Positions 1 through 9,535 of a stretch of 32,694 nucleotides of DNA are shown here, in pieces. Positions within the stretch are counted from its first letter, which is position 1; each line of letters begins with the position of its first letter. Source of the stretch: a virus (taxonomy: Duplodnaviria > Caudoviricetes); IMG/VR virus record IMGVR_UViG_3300012940_000066, positions 1-32,694 of that record; one strand, written 5' to 3'. Position numbers and translations under genes: made by a program. The notes beneath the pieces were generated by a model. It had not been told where the DNA came from, made no database searches, and was given only the letters and a program-made list of their open reading frames with translations.

Positions 1-2457
1 ATTGTTAGCAGCCGGGACGAACATCCCCAGATACCTGTCCTGTGGAGCCCACGTGCCGGCCGGATACCCCCCATGGACGAAATTGGAATAGTTCGTGCTG
101 AACAGGTTCACCGCACCGACCTCAACGCTATTAACAAGCTGCTGGGCGTACGACTGCGTTGCGGCGTTGCCGCCGGTGATCTCAATACGGCCTCGCAAGT
201 ATACGTTTTGCCCGTACAACCCATAGCCCGACAACGCTCCCATATCCGGGTCAACGATCCCGTCAAGCTTACCCATGCGGACTTTGGTTTTGTTAGCAAG
301 GCTTGCGCTGGTCACCTGGTCGATGACGTCAATGTAGGGCGCTTGGTTATCCGAAGCCGTCAGGTAGATTGCGCCCTGCCGCGCGGTGTTGGTCGTATTG
401 CCCATGCGTACCACATCGTCACCGGCTTCCGGTACGCCGCCGCCGTCAAGTTTGACGACCGTGAACGTGCCGCTGCCGATCGCCGTCACCCGGGCAACGT
501 AATACTTCACATTGCGGCCCGTCCAGCGCTGGCACCTCAATATGTCGTTGACCACGAAAGGCACGCCAATCGTACCACCATCCGTATCAATCGTGCAAAC
601 GTAGTTGCTGCCGGATGGTGCCACCGAAAGAATCTTGATGGCATCGCTAATCCACACACTGCCATTCGTCGCCCTGATCTGATTGATGATAAGCTCATAC
701 ACGTTCATTTCCTTCCGCACCGTCAGCTTATCGAACGTCGCATGTACATCACCATTCTCGGCCACAACCCGCCATCCCGAACCGCTAAATCCCGAAACAA
801 ACAACGGGCTACCCGTCCCGGCAAACCTCGGACTGTCGCCAGTCCGCACCCCTTGGTTCAGGTAGTCGGCGAACTGCATGCCGTCCCATTTGTCCGAATC
901 GAATGCATAAGCGGCCGTTTCAGCGTGTTGCGCGTTCAATGCAAAGTCAGCGTAACCGGCTTTTACCTTATCGGCACCCAAATACAGATAGCCTTCACGC
1001 TCTGAAAGGCGGTTAAGGAAAAGGTTTTTTCGCATCGTTTCCGGATCGAGCAGTCCTGCCGTCTGGATGGCGTAAAGAATACGCTCCTGCTGGGCATACT
1101 GACGGACTATTTCCGCAATCTCGATGGTGTCGGTCAACTCCAAATCATAGGTGTAAGGCGATTGAAGGTCGCGCACGTAACCGCCTATCCGGATTTCCCT
1201 TTCAATGCCCAGCGGCGCATCCTCCAGTTCAACCGTATAGCCCAGCGTAATGGCGGGGGAGGTCTGCTTAACCCAGAGCGGCGTGAGCCGGGCCCCATAT
1301 TGATGCTGGGCGGATTTATACTTATCGAGATAAGCCTGACCGGCAGCGTCCACACGGTTCTCCGCATCGGTCACATAGGTAGCCGGAAGCTGGATGTCAA
1401 ACAATGCGTATTTATCGCTCACCGCAGGCTTCAATGTGTCATTCGGCAAACCGTCCGGGTACGCCTTTTCATCCGTCTTTAAAAGTATTTTAAAGGTCTT
1501 TGTAGTGTGGTTATAAGAATCAAGCTCGAACTCATATCCCGCGAGGTTACCCGTCTGGAAACCCACCTTCGCCTTCACGCCCGGAGTCAGGTGCGAGTTG
1601 ATATCAAAATCCATCGATGAGTCGCTGAACGAGAAAATATCCTCGGCATCCACCTCCGTAATCGTACCGATCCTTTCCGGAATGATGTTATCGAAAATCT
1701 GGGTTGCCTCGATGATCTCATCCGCATCCGGCACCTCCAGGTACGGCCGCTTGGCCAGGGGAAGCTGCAACCGCGTCTTGCCATATCCGGCAGGCAGGTT
1801 CCGCGAGCCACCCTCCACATAAAGACGCGTCACGATGTTGGAGTCATTCTTGCGCAACCTGCTTAGCTCATACAGCCCGTTGCCTTTGCCGTACGAAAGC
1901 ACCAGCCCGCTGGACTGCTCCCGGCGCTGGAAGTGGATCACCTGGTTATCGATCCAGAACTCGGAAGCAAAAGCCTCCGCGATCTGGTTCAGCGTCTGCA
2001 AGCAATTCTGTCCACTGATCACGAAATTCTGCATTTCGGTCATATCCACCACGCCGATCTGCCAGCCACTGTACAGCCGGTTCGCATTCTGCACGATCAG
2101 GTCTACCATCGTCGCCGCATTGGCCATGATCGTGAACTCCGCCTCCGTCAGTTGGTTGGTTGCGCCAAGCCCCCGTAGCTGCACTTTGGCCAGATCGTAG
2201 AACACCGCTTCCCATTGGGTATCGTACTCATAGTGGCGAGCGCCCTTCTTCACCACCGATGCCGGGCGATTAAGCTTGTACGTCTGGCCGTATACTTCCA
2301 CTGTGTCTCCAACGCGAACATCAACCGGTACAGGAGATGACCAGGTCATATCCACCATATCCTCACCCATCGCCCGGCGCGTCTGGGTACCCGTCGGCTT
2401 TATCTCGGCCACCAACACCGGCAGCCCTTCGGTCGGTCTAAGTATGCTGTACGTCAT
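1..2457 (-). CDS. Large tail tip/baseplate hub protein with C-terminal extension (at least 819 aa, truncated by window edge; absent from ORF track)
   Basis: ATG at 2457 overlaps the stop of the upstream gene. Reads MTYSILRPTEG...NIVTRLYVEGGSRNLP...DKLTVRKEMNVYELIINQIRATNG... and appears open to position 1 in the stretches I translated. It follows the tape measure and Dit-like genes. Confidence 0.8.
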   Translation of the reverse strand, partial: MTYSILRPTEGLPVLVAEIKPTGTQTRRAMGEDMVDMTWSSPVPVDVRVGDTVEVYGQTYKLNRPASVVKKGARHYEYDTQWEAVFYDLAKVQLRGLGATNQLTEAEFTIMANAATMVDLIVQNANRLYSGWQIGVVDMTEMQNFVISGQNCLQTLNQIAEAFASEFWIDNQVIHFQRREQSSGLVLSYGKGNGLYELSRLRKNDSNIVTRLYVEGGSRNLPAGYGKTRLQLPLAKRPYLEVPDADEIIEATQIFDNIIPERIGTITEVDAEDIFSFSDSSMDFDINSHLTPGVKAKVGFQTGNLAGYEFELDSYNHTTKTFKILLKTDEKAYPDGLPNDTLKPAVSDKYALFDIQLPATYVTDAENRVDAAGQAYLDKYKSAQHQYGARLTPLWVKQTSPAITLGYTVELEDAPLGIEREIRIGGYVRDLQSPYTYDLELTDTIEIAEIVRQYAQQERILYAIQTAGLLDPETMRKNLFLNRLSEREGYLYLGADKVKAGYADFALNAQHAETAAYAFDSDKWDGMQFADYLNQGVRTGDSPRFAGTGSPLFVSGFSGSGWRVVAENGDVHATFDKLTVRKEMNVYELIINQIRATNGSVWISDAIKILSVAPSGSNYVCTIDTDGGTIGVPFVVNDILRCQRWTGRNVKYYVARVTAIGSGTFTVVKLDGGGVPEAGDDVVRMGNTTNTARQGAIYLTASDNQAPYIDVIDQVTSASLANKTKVRMGKLDGIVDPDMGALSGYGLYGQNVYLRGRIEITGGNAATQSYAQQLVNSVEVGAVNLFSTNYSNFVHGGYPAGTWAPQDRYLGMFVPAANN

Positions 2458-2879
2458 GCCGGTATTGGGGCTAAAGTGGTCGGGTAATCATCCATCAGAT
2501 TCAGCGTAAACGTCACCAGCGTATCGCTCCACTCCACATTGCTCACACTCACATACCGAAGCGTATAGCGGCGGTCAAGGAAATGCGCATCGAGCACGAT
2601 CGGGTCACCCGCCAGCACCATCGCGCCGAACGCCTGGTACTTCAGCAGCAATGCCTCTTCATTATCGGCCCACATCGCCACGGGCAATGCCAGCGACCGG
2701 CTGTCGTAATTGTTCGCATCGCCGTCCACCTCCATGCCATCCTCATCCGGCCAGTCCTGCTGTAGGCCCGGCTTCCGGGTCGGCAGCTTCAACAGTTCCT
2801 GGTAGGTGCCATCCTTGAAAAACAACCCGTAGGTTACCGAAGGATCAGCGCCGTTTATGTCAATCGTGTGGTTTGCCAT
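2454..2879 (-). CDS. Distal tail (Dit-like) protein
   Basis: 141 aa immediately after the tape measure gene, with a DWPDEDGMEVD motif typical of Bacteroidetes phage tail proteins. Confidence 0.6.
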   Translation of the reverse strand: MANHTIDINGADPSVTYGLFFKDGTYQELLKLPTRKPGLQQDWPDEDGMEVDGDANNYDSRSLALPVAMWADNEEALLLKYQAFGAMVLAGDPIVLDAHFLDRRYTLRYVSVSNVEWSDTLVTFTLNLMDDYPTTLAPIPA

Positions 2880-2881
2880 GG

Positions 2882-5800
2882 TTACCTCCCCGCCGCCCGC
2901 AATGGTGCGTCTGACGACATTTTCTTCTCAATGTTGTATAAGTGTTGCTGCATCGCGGCCAGCCGGTCTGTGTTGTCGGCCGTCCGCTTGGTGTTCTCGG
3001 CGATCTGCATCTGGTACATCACCTGGTCCCGCATCATGCCTGTTTGCTCCTGCATCGTCAGTGTCCGGGTACGGTTCAGCTCCAAGCCCTGCACCACCGC
3101 CATGTGGATACCGCCGACCGATCCGGCCAATACATCCGCCTGCTGTTGGGTGATGTTCTGGATGCTTCCAGCCATGCCGGATGAAGATGAAGGCGAACCG
3201 GAAGACAAATCAATGCCCGTAACATCCTCTATGGTCTTCCAGTAATCCGCAGCATCTTCTCCCAGCTTCACATATTTCTGGCGGAGGCGGGTAATGGCGT
3301 CATCCTCTGGAACCCCTGATTCGACCAGCGCAAATAATTCATCAAAAAATGGCGTCATGTACTCCTCCAAATACCGATACTTAAAACCACTGATGATGGC
3401 ATTCTTCATGATTTCCTCAAAACTCTTCCCGAAATCTTCAGCGGCCATCTTGCCGTTTTGGAACAGTTCGATCAGTCCATTACCCAGAGAATCCACGGAC
3501 GTACCCGTCAGCAATTCTTTTAGTTGTAGTTCAAGTTCAGCGACGCTGATACCCGTTTCCTCCAATTCGGTCCGTAACGACCGAAGCGCTTCGAAATCCG
3601 CTTTCGTCTGACCTTTCAGCTTCCCTTGCTCATACAGCAGCTCCAGATCGGCGTAGTCCGATCCAAACAGTGAAGCCATGACATCCCATGTCTTCGCCTT
3701 GCGGAACCAGGTACCGTGTTTATACCCCTTACCCTCGATGAATTCATCGCCTTGCAACGAAGAGAATATCTTATCATAGGCCGCCTGTAGTTCCGGTGCC
3801 TGACTCTTCAGCAGCTCCAATTGTGCAATCAGCGCTTGGTAGGTCGTTTTACCAGCACGGGCTGCGATGAGTTCCCGCTCGCGCAATAGCCGCTGATATT
3901 CCCTTTCCCCGGCTATCTCTTGAGCTTGATAATTAGCGAGGTCTTCCTTTGCCGCCTTTGCAGCAGCACGTCTACGCTTCCTGCCCTCGGCAATCGCGCT
4001 CCATATCGTACCCACAAGCTCTATGATAGCACCGATTGCCGTAACCCAAACGTTGCCGCTACTTTCGCCGGTCGATTGAACCCCGTCACCGATTTTAGCA
4101 ACGATATCCGATATCTTGATGTACGATTGGGCCATTTGGCCAATCGTCTGCAACGCCTGGCCAAGGCCCTGGTCCATCCGGCCGATTTGAGTGACGATGC
4201 CTTGCAGCTCATGCGACAATTCGGTTATGCCCCCAGCCAAATCCCCTGTAGCAGCCTGCTTCAGTTTGGCGATATACTCATCGAACAATTTGTTCAGTAT
4301 CTCCAGCTCCGCCGCAGACAGCTTGAATTCCTTCTTGAAATTCTCGAACTCCGCCTTAGCCGCCTTGATTAGGTTCAGCTGTCCGCGGGTGCCGAACTTA
4401 TCGAAGTCATCAAAAAGCTTTTTCAAATCACCTTGCGACTTCAGGTAAGCTTCGCTCAGTGCAGCAAGTGCTTTATCCCGCGCCTTCCGCCGTTCATCCG
4501 CCCGTTCGTATTCCCCTGCGGCCGTCAATGCCGATATATCTTTTTCAGATTCCGCAATAATCTGTTGCCGACGTTGCTCAAACGTCGCATAATCCGCAAA
4601 CGCTTTTTTAAACCGCGCATCCCTATTCGCCTGCTCTTTATCCTCGATACCTCGTAGCAGCGCGTCCAGCGCCTTCAGCCGTTCCTCCTCACCTCCGGTC
4701 AGGCCAACCGTAATGCTTTTCATGGTCAGGCCGGAAACCTGTTTTTCCAGATCGGAACGGAAGGACCGGATTTTGTCCAATTCATCGGCATAGCGTTCAT
4801 CCGCCTGCTCTTTGGATGTGGCCGTCTTAAATTCCTCGTAAGCTGTCCACAGCTCAGCCTGCTTATCCAGTTCCACAGCCAGCTTTTCCGTTTGCTGACG
4901 GTAAGTGAGATCGGCTACCGCCCGGTCCTCCATGGCACCCAGACCGGAGATATCGATACGGACGTTCTTATTCTTCGGATCGGCATTGAACCGCTCCACC
5001 TCCTTCCGGATGGCCGCAAATTTATCCCGCAGTGCCTGCAACTCCTCCTCATCCTTGGTAAGGGATTTCCGGGCATACTCTGCATCAATAGCAGCAAGCC
5101 GGTCGAGCAATTGGTGACGCTGATTGAGAATGGAAGCGCCTGATTTATCATCTTTGCCACTACCTCCAAATAATGCGATTTGCATCTGTTTCGCATATTC
5201 GGCGGCTTTTGCCATCAGGTCGTTAGCATTTTTGGTATAGGCATCCTGCTCTTTCTTAAGCTGGCGCTCAACGGCCTTCCTCCGTCGTTCACCGGCATCC
5301 TCCATTTCATCTTCGTAAAATGTGTTGTTGCCTCCGGTAATTGCATTCCACAACCGGGCGGCACCGCCGGTCTTGACAATAGCACCGAATTCGTCACCCG
5401 TATTCGCGAATTCTTCCGCTTCCTTCGCAGCATTGGCCTGTATTTCAGCTGCCCGTTTAGCAGCCTCGGCAAGCTGCAAATTCGCAGCCGCTTTGTACAG
5501 GGTCATTTGGATATATGCATCCGCGTTGTCGACAAGAAATTTTTCAACGGTAGCCAGATCATTGGCCTCGCCAACCGTCTTTCCCAAAGTCTCGTTATAC
5601 CGGTCTACCGCATCTTTTTTGGAAATGGTTCCCTTACGGGCCAGGTCCACCGCGATCCGGAGCTCTTCGATGTTCTTGATGGCATTCTGCACTTCACTTC
5701 CTTCCAGTGACTCATTCAGTGCATCCTGGCTTGCCTTTGTCGCATCGATGGCCTTCCGTGTTTCAAACAGGCCTTTAATCCAGTCACCGATTTCCTTGCC

Positions 5801-6424
5801 GTATACCGTAAGCAGCGTAATGCCGATTGCCATGGCCGACTGCCACGAAAACAGCGAGTTCACCAGCCGCCGCCATACCGGAACCCCTTTCTGTCCAGAG
5901 GCAACGAGCGCCTCGTTTTCCTTCCGTATCCGTCCGATTTCATCCGCTAGCATAGGTAGATTGTTGGATATCGCCATGAAGCCCGTCTGGATGGAGTAAG
6001 TGAAGGCAGGCATTTCACGCATGATCTGCTGCATGGAAAACTGCAAGCCATCAAACTGTCGTTTCTGCGGCATAGCTTCGGTAGAACCGCCCACGCCACC
6101 GATCCCATTGATGGCTTTCATCTGCTGTACCGTTTCCGCAATTTTGCGGTTATACAGCTCGATCACGTCCGGATCGAAGGATTTCTCCACGATCGCCTGG
6201 TATGACTGGAGCTGAATCTTCAGTTGCAGCATGTTCTTTTCCAACTGCTTGCTGCCAGTGGTCTGTGCGGCCACCAGCTCATTCATACCGGCCGTTGCCC
6301 TGTCCGCCGCCTGCTCAGCCGTCTGGGCGGTGCCGGATATCTCCTTTTTGGCCAGTGCCATTTCGCGCTTCAGCCGCTCCTCGTCGAGCGGGAAGCCTAT
6401 CGGAAGTTCGAGATTATCCTGCAT
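2882..6424 (-). CDS. Tail tape measure protein
   Basis: 1180 aa, Ala/Glu/Lys-rich and helical, with two hydrophobic segments. Lies directly after the tail chaperone genes. Confidence 0.9.
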   Translation of the reverse strand: MQDNLELPIGFPLDEERLKREMALAKKEISGTAQTAEQAADRATAGMNELVAAQTTGSKQLEKNMLQLKIQLQSYQAIVEKSFDPDVIELYNRKIAETVQQMKAINGIGGVGGSTEAMPQKRQFDGLQFSMQQIMREMPAFTYSIQTGFMAISNNLPMLADEIGRIRKENEALVASGQKGVPVWRRLVNSLFSWQSAMAIGITLLTVYGKEIGDWIKGLFETRKAIDATKASQDALNESLEGSEVQNAIKNIEELRIAVDLARKGTISKKDAVDRYNETLGKTVGEANDLATVEKFLVDNADAYIQMTLYKAAANLQLAEAAKRAAEIQANAAKEAEEFANTGDEFGAIVKTGGAARLWNAITGGNNTFYEDEMEDAGERRRKAVERQLKKEQDAYTKNANDLMAKAAEYAKQMQIALFGGSGKDDKSGASILNQRHQLLDRLAAIDAEYARKSLTKDEEELQALRDKFAAIRKEVERFNADPKNKNVRIDISGLGAMEDRAVADLTYRQQTEKLAVELDKQAELWTAYEEFKTATSKEQADERYADELDKIRSFRSDLEKQVSGLTMKSITVGLTGGEEERLKALDALLRGIEDKEQANRDARFKKAFADYATFEQRRQQIIAESEKDISALTAAGEYERADERRKARDKALAALSEAYLKSQGDLKKLFDDFDKFGTRGQLNLIKAAKAEFENFKKEFKLSAAELEILNKLFDEYIAKLKQAATGDLAGGITELSHELQGIVTQIGRMDQGLGQALQTIGQMAQSYIKISDIVAKIGDGVQSTGESSGNVWVTAIGAIIELVGTIWSAIAEGRKRRRAAAKAAKEDLANYQAQEIAGEREYQRLLRERELIAARAGKTTYQALIAQLELLKSQAPELQAAYDKIFSSLQGDEFIEGKGYKHGTWFRKAKTWDVMASLFGSDYADLELLYEQGKLKGQTKADFEALRSLRTELEETGISVAELELQLKELLTGTSVDSLGNGLIELFQNGKMAAEDFGKSFEEIMKNAIISGFKYRYLEEYMTPFFDELFALVESGVPEDDAITRLRQKYVKLGEDAADYWKTIEDVTGIDLSSGSPSSSSGMAGSIQNITQQQADVLAGSVGGIHMAVVQGLELNRTRTLTMQEQTGMMRDQVMYQMQIAENTKRTADNTDRLAAMQQHLYNIEKKMSSDAPLRAAGR

Positions 6425-6647
6425 GGTTCATCCGTTGTCTGTGTTTCCTGATATCTTCCGGTTTTACCTTCGTAATGCCGCGTTTCTTCATTCCCGGCCG
6501 GTCTGCCATCATCAGCATGATGTTGGCCCAGCTTACCCGCCACAGCACGTGGTGCCACGGCATGGCTGTCTCTTTGGTCACCTGCTGGAGGATACCCCAG
6601 GGGCTATGCATGCCGTACGGCACTAACTCCCCTTCCTTGTCTTTTGG
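6414..6647 (-). CDS. Tail assembly chaperone, gpT-like segment, probably reached by -1 frameshift from the upstream chaperone
   Basis: The -1 frame reads ...GMHSPWGILQQVTKETAMPWHHVLWRVSWANIMLMMADRP... and overlaps the 3' end of 6623..7117. Candidate slippery site C CAA AAG at 6641-6647. Confidence 0.6.
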   Translation of the reverse strand, partial: PKDKEGELVPYGMHSPWGILQQVTKETAMPWHHVLWRVSWANIMLMMADRPGMKKRGITKVKPEDIRKHRQRMNHAG

Positions 6648-7117
6648 CCCAGATTCGTCGGGGAAGTGATCTTCATCCCCCTGATGTATCTGGTAGTAGT
6701 CGTAAAATCCTTCAGGCCGCCGTAGGTTATCAGCAGGTTCACCATCGTGCAGATACCGGCTTCCGTGAAGTACCACTTTAGGTACCAGGCTATCGGCCGC
6801 ACCAGTAGCCATCCGGATATCCATCCGTTCAGGATCGCCGTGGCGGCCGCCCGGCGCAGTGACCCGCCGTGCACAGCCATGATGGCCAGCGCTTCTTCTG
6901 CTGACAGATCATCCAGCTTCTCAGCCGTCAGCCCCGTCCGCAGGTAGTACGATGCCACCCGCATCATCGTCCCGGCGGTGGGATTGCGCAGCGTCAGCGT
7001 GATACGCCTGATGAACAGCATCCGCAACAGCAAAGGGGCGCGGGCCTTCACCTTCACGCCCCTTTGCAGGATGGTTTCCGCGGCTCTCAGCTCCGTGGCC
7101 ATATCTTCCTTCATCAT
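6623..7117 (-). CDS. Tail assembly chaperone (gpG-like)
   Basis: 164 aa between the tail tube and tape measure genes. Confidence 0.7.
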   Translation of the reverse strand: MMKEDMATELRAAETILQRGVKVKARAPLLLRMLFIRRITLTLRNPTAGTMMRVASYYLRTGLTAEKLDDLSAEEALAIMAVHGGSLRRAAATAILNGWISGWLLVRPIAWYLKWYFTEAGICTMVNLLITYGGLKDFTTTTRYIRGMKITSPTNLGQKTRKGS

Positions 7118-7617
7118 GCAGCGTCAGTCCATTGGAATGCCGATACACTCTCTACGCCCGTGCTCTTCACGGTAGCAACCACCGGCATCAGTGCGATGTC
7201 CGTTTCGTTCAGGTTAGAACTCAAGCGGGCAGCACACTCCGCATTCGGCACGATGATGATCGAACCATCTTCCAGCGTGAAGCGCAGCGCTTTTTGGGTA
7301 GACTTCACCGGTTGCGCCGGAGCGTTCCAGGTATCCACACCGGTCACCGTGGTTACGGTGCCACCCAGCCAAACGGCTTTCGAAGCAGCCGACATATCCA
7401 TGATGGAGAAAGCGATGGTTTTGGCCGTCCGGCCATAGCGGGTTACCTTCGGATCGGGGTCGCCCTGCTTGTAATGCTCCGTCTTCGTAGCTTCGGGTTC
7501 GTCCATCACGATGGAGTCCTGATAGATGTCAATCTCGGCTCCCCATTCGATCGTTCCGTCTTCCGGGTCCATCACGCCGATCTCAGCCTTTAGACATCCA
7601 AATTGATACTTTGCCAT
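7114..7617 (-). CDS. Major tail (tube) protein
   Basis: 167 aa, acidic and beta-rich, upstream of the chaperones and tape measure. Confidence 0.75.
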   Translation of the reverse strand: MAKYQFGCLKAEIGVMDPEDGTIEWGAEIDIYQDSIVMDEPEATKTEHYKQGDPDPKVTRYGRTAKTIAFSIMDMSAASKAVWLGGTVTTVTGVDTWNAPAQPVKSTQKALRFTLEDGSIIIVPNAECAARLSSNLNETDIALMPVVATVKSTGVESVSAFQWTDAA

Positions 7618-7652
7618 TTTTACTTTTATTGAAAGTTGTTACTCTTGGTTAA

Positions 7653-7991
7653 TTACTCCTTGTTTGCGTCAGCTACTTCGCCGTCGACATCGGCCGGATC
7701 GGATGTTACATCAGATTTTTTCGCCTTCCGCTTTGCCGGGGTTTTCGGCTTTGCTGCTTTTTCCGCCGCGTCCGCAGCTTCCGCAACCTGGACACCCTTA
7801 GCCTTACCCCTGATGTAGTCCCTTCGTTCAGCCTTATCCACCCGTTTGTCGGAAAGCGTTTTCGCGTGATTATCGGCATCGTTCTGATGGAAGAATGCCT
7901 GATCATCTGACGTCACGTAGAAGACATCCACTTTAGGATGCGAGCCGAAAATCAATTGCAGTTTCCGCTCGCGCGTGTTCTCTTTGCTCAT
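7653..7991 (-). CDS. Hypothetical phage protein with Lys/Ala-rich C-terminal tail
   Basis: 112 aa ORF co-oriented in the late operon. Confidence 0.65.
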   Translation of the reverse strand: MSKENTRERKLQLIFGSHPKVDVFYVTSDDQAFFHQNDADNHAKTLSDKRVDKAERRDYIRGKAKGVQVAEAADAAEKAAKPKTPAKRKAKKSDVTSDPADVDGEVADANKE

Positions 7992-8000
7992 TGTTAATCG

Positions 8001-9014
8001 TTATTTAAATAGTTTGAAAATCCAGTTTAAAAGCCCCCGTTTCACCACACCGAACCAAAGCGAGAAGACCACTAATACGGAGATACCGGCCCAGACATAC
8101 CACGGGATAGACCTACGCACTTCCTGGATACGCTCGTTGGTTTCCTTCCCATGTACGAGGCTGTCCATCCGTTCCCCCAAAGACATCGCTGAACTGTCCG
8201 CCGCTTCGGCCTCTTCTGATTTCTTCACTTTGCTATTGCGGCCAGCCGCAGTGGTCCTGGCGCTGTCAGCCTTGCCCGTGAAGCTGCCGTCGGGGTTAAT
8301 GGTACCTTCAGCACCGTATAGCGTAGTGGAGCTCAGCCCCTCAAAATCGCTCAGTTCCACATCCCTCTTGTACCCTTCGCTGCGCACGCCGGTATGTTCC
8401 ACAGTCCGCTCAATGGCGGTTTGTTCAGTGCGCTCCCGCTCCTGCTGCATCTGTTTCTTCCGGCTTCCGCAGGCGAAGAGTGTAAGGGATAAGAGTAGAC
8501 ATAGAATCGTCCTTGAAAGGATGGCTTTGGATCCGCGGATCCACATGTATTCGGGTATAGCGTCAAAGCTGGGACACTCCTTTATGCGCTCCCAGCTGTC
8601 AATGACACCGTTTCCGTTTTTATCCGGGGAGAAATCCCGGTGGCCGAGAATCTTAATATCGTCAACAGGCAGGTGCTTTTCCAGCTCCCTGTACACCTCG
8701 CCGATGACCTTCAGTATGGCTTCCTTCTGCTCGGCTGTACGGGTATCCACAGCTTTACGGACATTGTTTGGATCAACGCCACCCTGATAGGCGATATGCA
8801 CACTGTTCGAATTGTGGCCAGAAACACCATTCGTCACTTCCGCTATTGGTGCAAGCTGCTCCACCGTTCCGTCGGTGTATATGAAGTAGTGATATCCTAC
8901 CTGCTTCCAGCCGAGGCCTCCCTTTGACTTTGGCGTAAACCAGAAGCGCTTAATCGCGGATACATCGCCGTAACCGGCGGTACAGTGAATGACGATGTAC
9001 TTGATCATTCTCAT
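8001..9014 (-). CDS. N-acetylmuramoyl-L-alanine amidase endolysin fused to a u-spanin-like lipoprotein
   Basis: T7-lysozyme-type motifs IVIHCTA, GYHY, GHRDF, KECPSF in aa 1-156. These are followed by lipobox LFAC (C182) and a C-terminal transmembrane segment with a basic tail. Confidence 0.85.
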   Translation of the reverse strand: MRMIKYIVIHCTAGYGDVSAIKRFWFTPKSKGGLGWKQVGYHYFIYTDGTVEQLAPIAEVTNGVSGHNSNSVHIAYQGGVDPNNVRKAVDTRTAEQKEAILKVIGEVYRELEKHLPVDDIKILGHRDFSPDKNGNGVIDSWERIKECPSFDAIPEYMWIRGSKAILSRTILCLLLSLTLFACGSRKKQMQQERERTEQTAIERTVEHTGVRSEGYKRDVELSDFEGLSSTTLYGAEGTINPDGSFTGKADSARTTAAGRNSKVKKSEEAEAADSSAMSLGERMDSLVHGKETNERIQEVRRSIPWYVWAGISVLVVFSLWFGVVKRGLLNWIFKLFK

Positions 9015-9523
9015 TTCAACAACCCTCCAACTTTATCCTGTATCTTGTTTATCCAGTGCGTCTTCGGCTTCCCACTGATCACGCTCACATTCTCCAGTAT
9101 ACTCACCATATTTTCCAGGACGATCTGAACGACCAGAAACACATGCATCCAGTCGAAGATCACCGCGGGCAGCTCCTTCCCGGAGTTGAAAAACGATTGC
9201 GCCATCAGGTACGGCACTGCGATAAGCACCAGGTAATAGAAGACCTTGAAAAGGAACCTCGTAAGCTTCGTTGAACTGAATTGCTCCTTCTTTACGAAGG
9301 CCGCGATGATGCCGCTTGACAGCTCACCGGCCAGCACTGCCAGCAACGCCGCGAATGCAAGGAAGTCTAATCCGAATATCCGGTTTACCAACACCCCCGT
9401 GGCACTGATGGAAGTGCACACGGTGGTAAGCTGGTACTTGGTGGATGGCATAAGGCTGCTCAGCAGGTGCGACAGGTTGTCGTATTCAAAGCTCCGCAGC
9501 AGTTTTAGCAGGAAGGCCTTCAT
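9011..9523 (-). CDS. Holin
   Basis: 170 aa with several transmembrane segments and an ENMVSILEN motif, adjacent to the endolysin. Confidence 0.8.
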   Translation of the reverse strand: MKAFLLKLLRSFEYDNLSHLLSSLMPSTKYQLTTVCTSISATGVLVNRIFGLDFLAFAALLAVLAGELSSGIIAAFVKKEQFSSTKLTRFLFKVFYYLVLIAVPYLMAQSFFNSGKELPAVIFDWMHVFLVVQIVLENMVSILENVSVISGKPKTHWINKIQDKVGGLLK

Positions 9524-9535
9524 TACCGGTTTTGT

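Noticed and set aside
73-1005. 310-aa plus-strand ORF
   Set aside because: Codon-aligned antisense shadow of the real minus-strand tail gene (1-2457), which the track missed because it runs off the edge.
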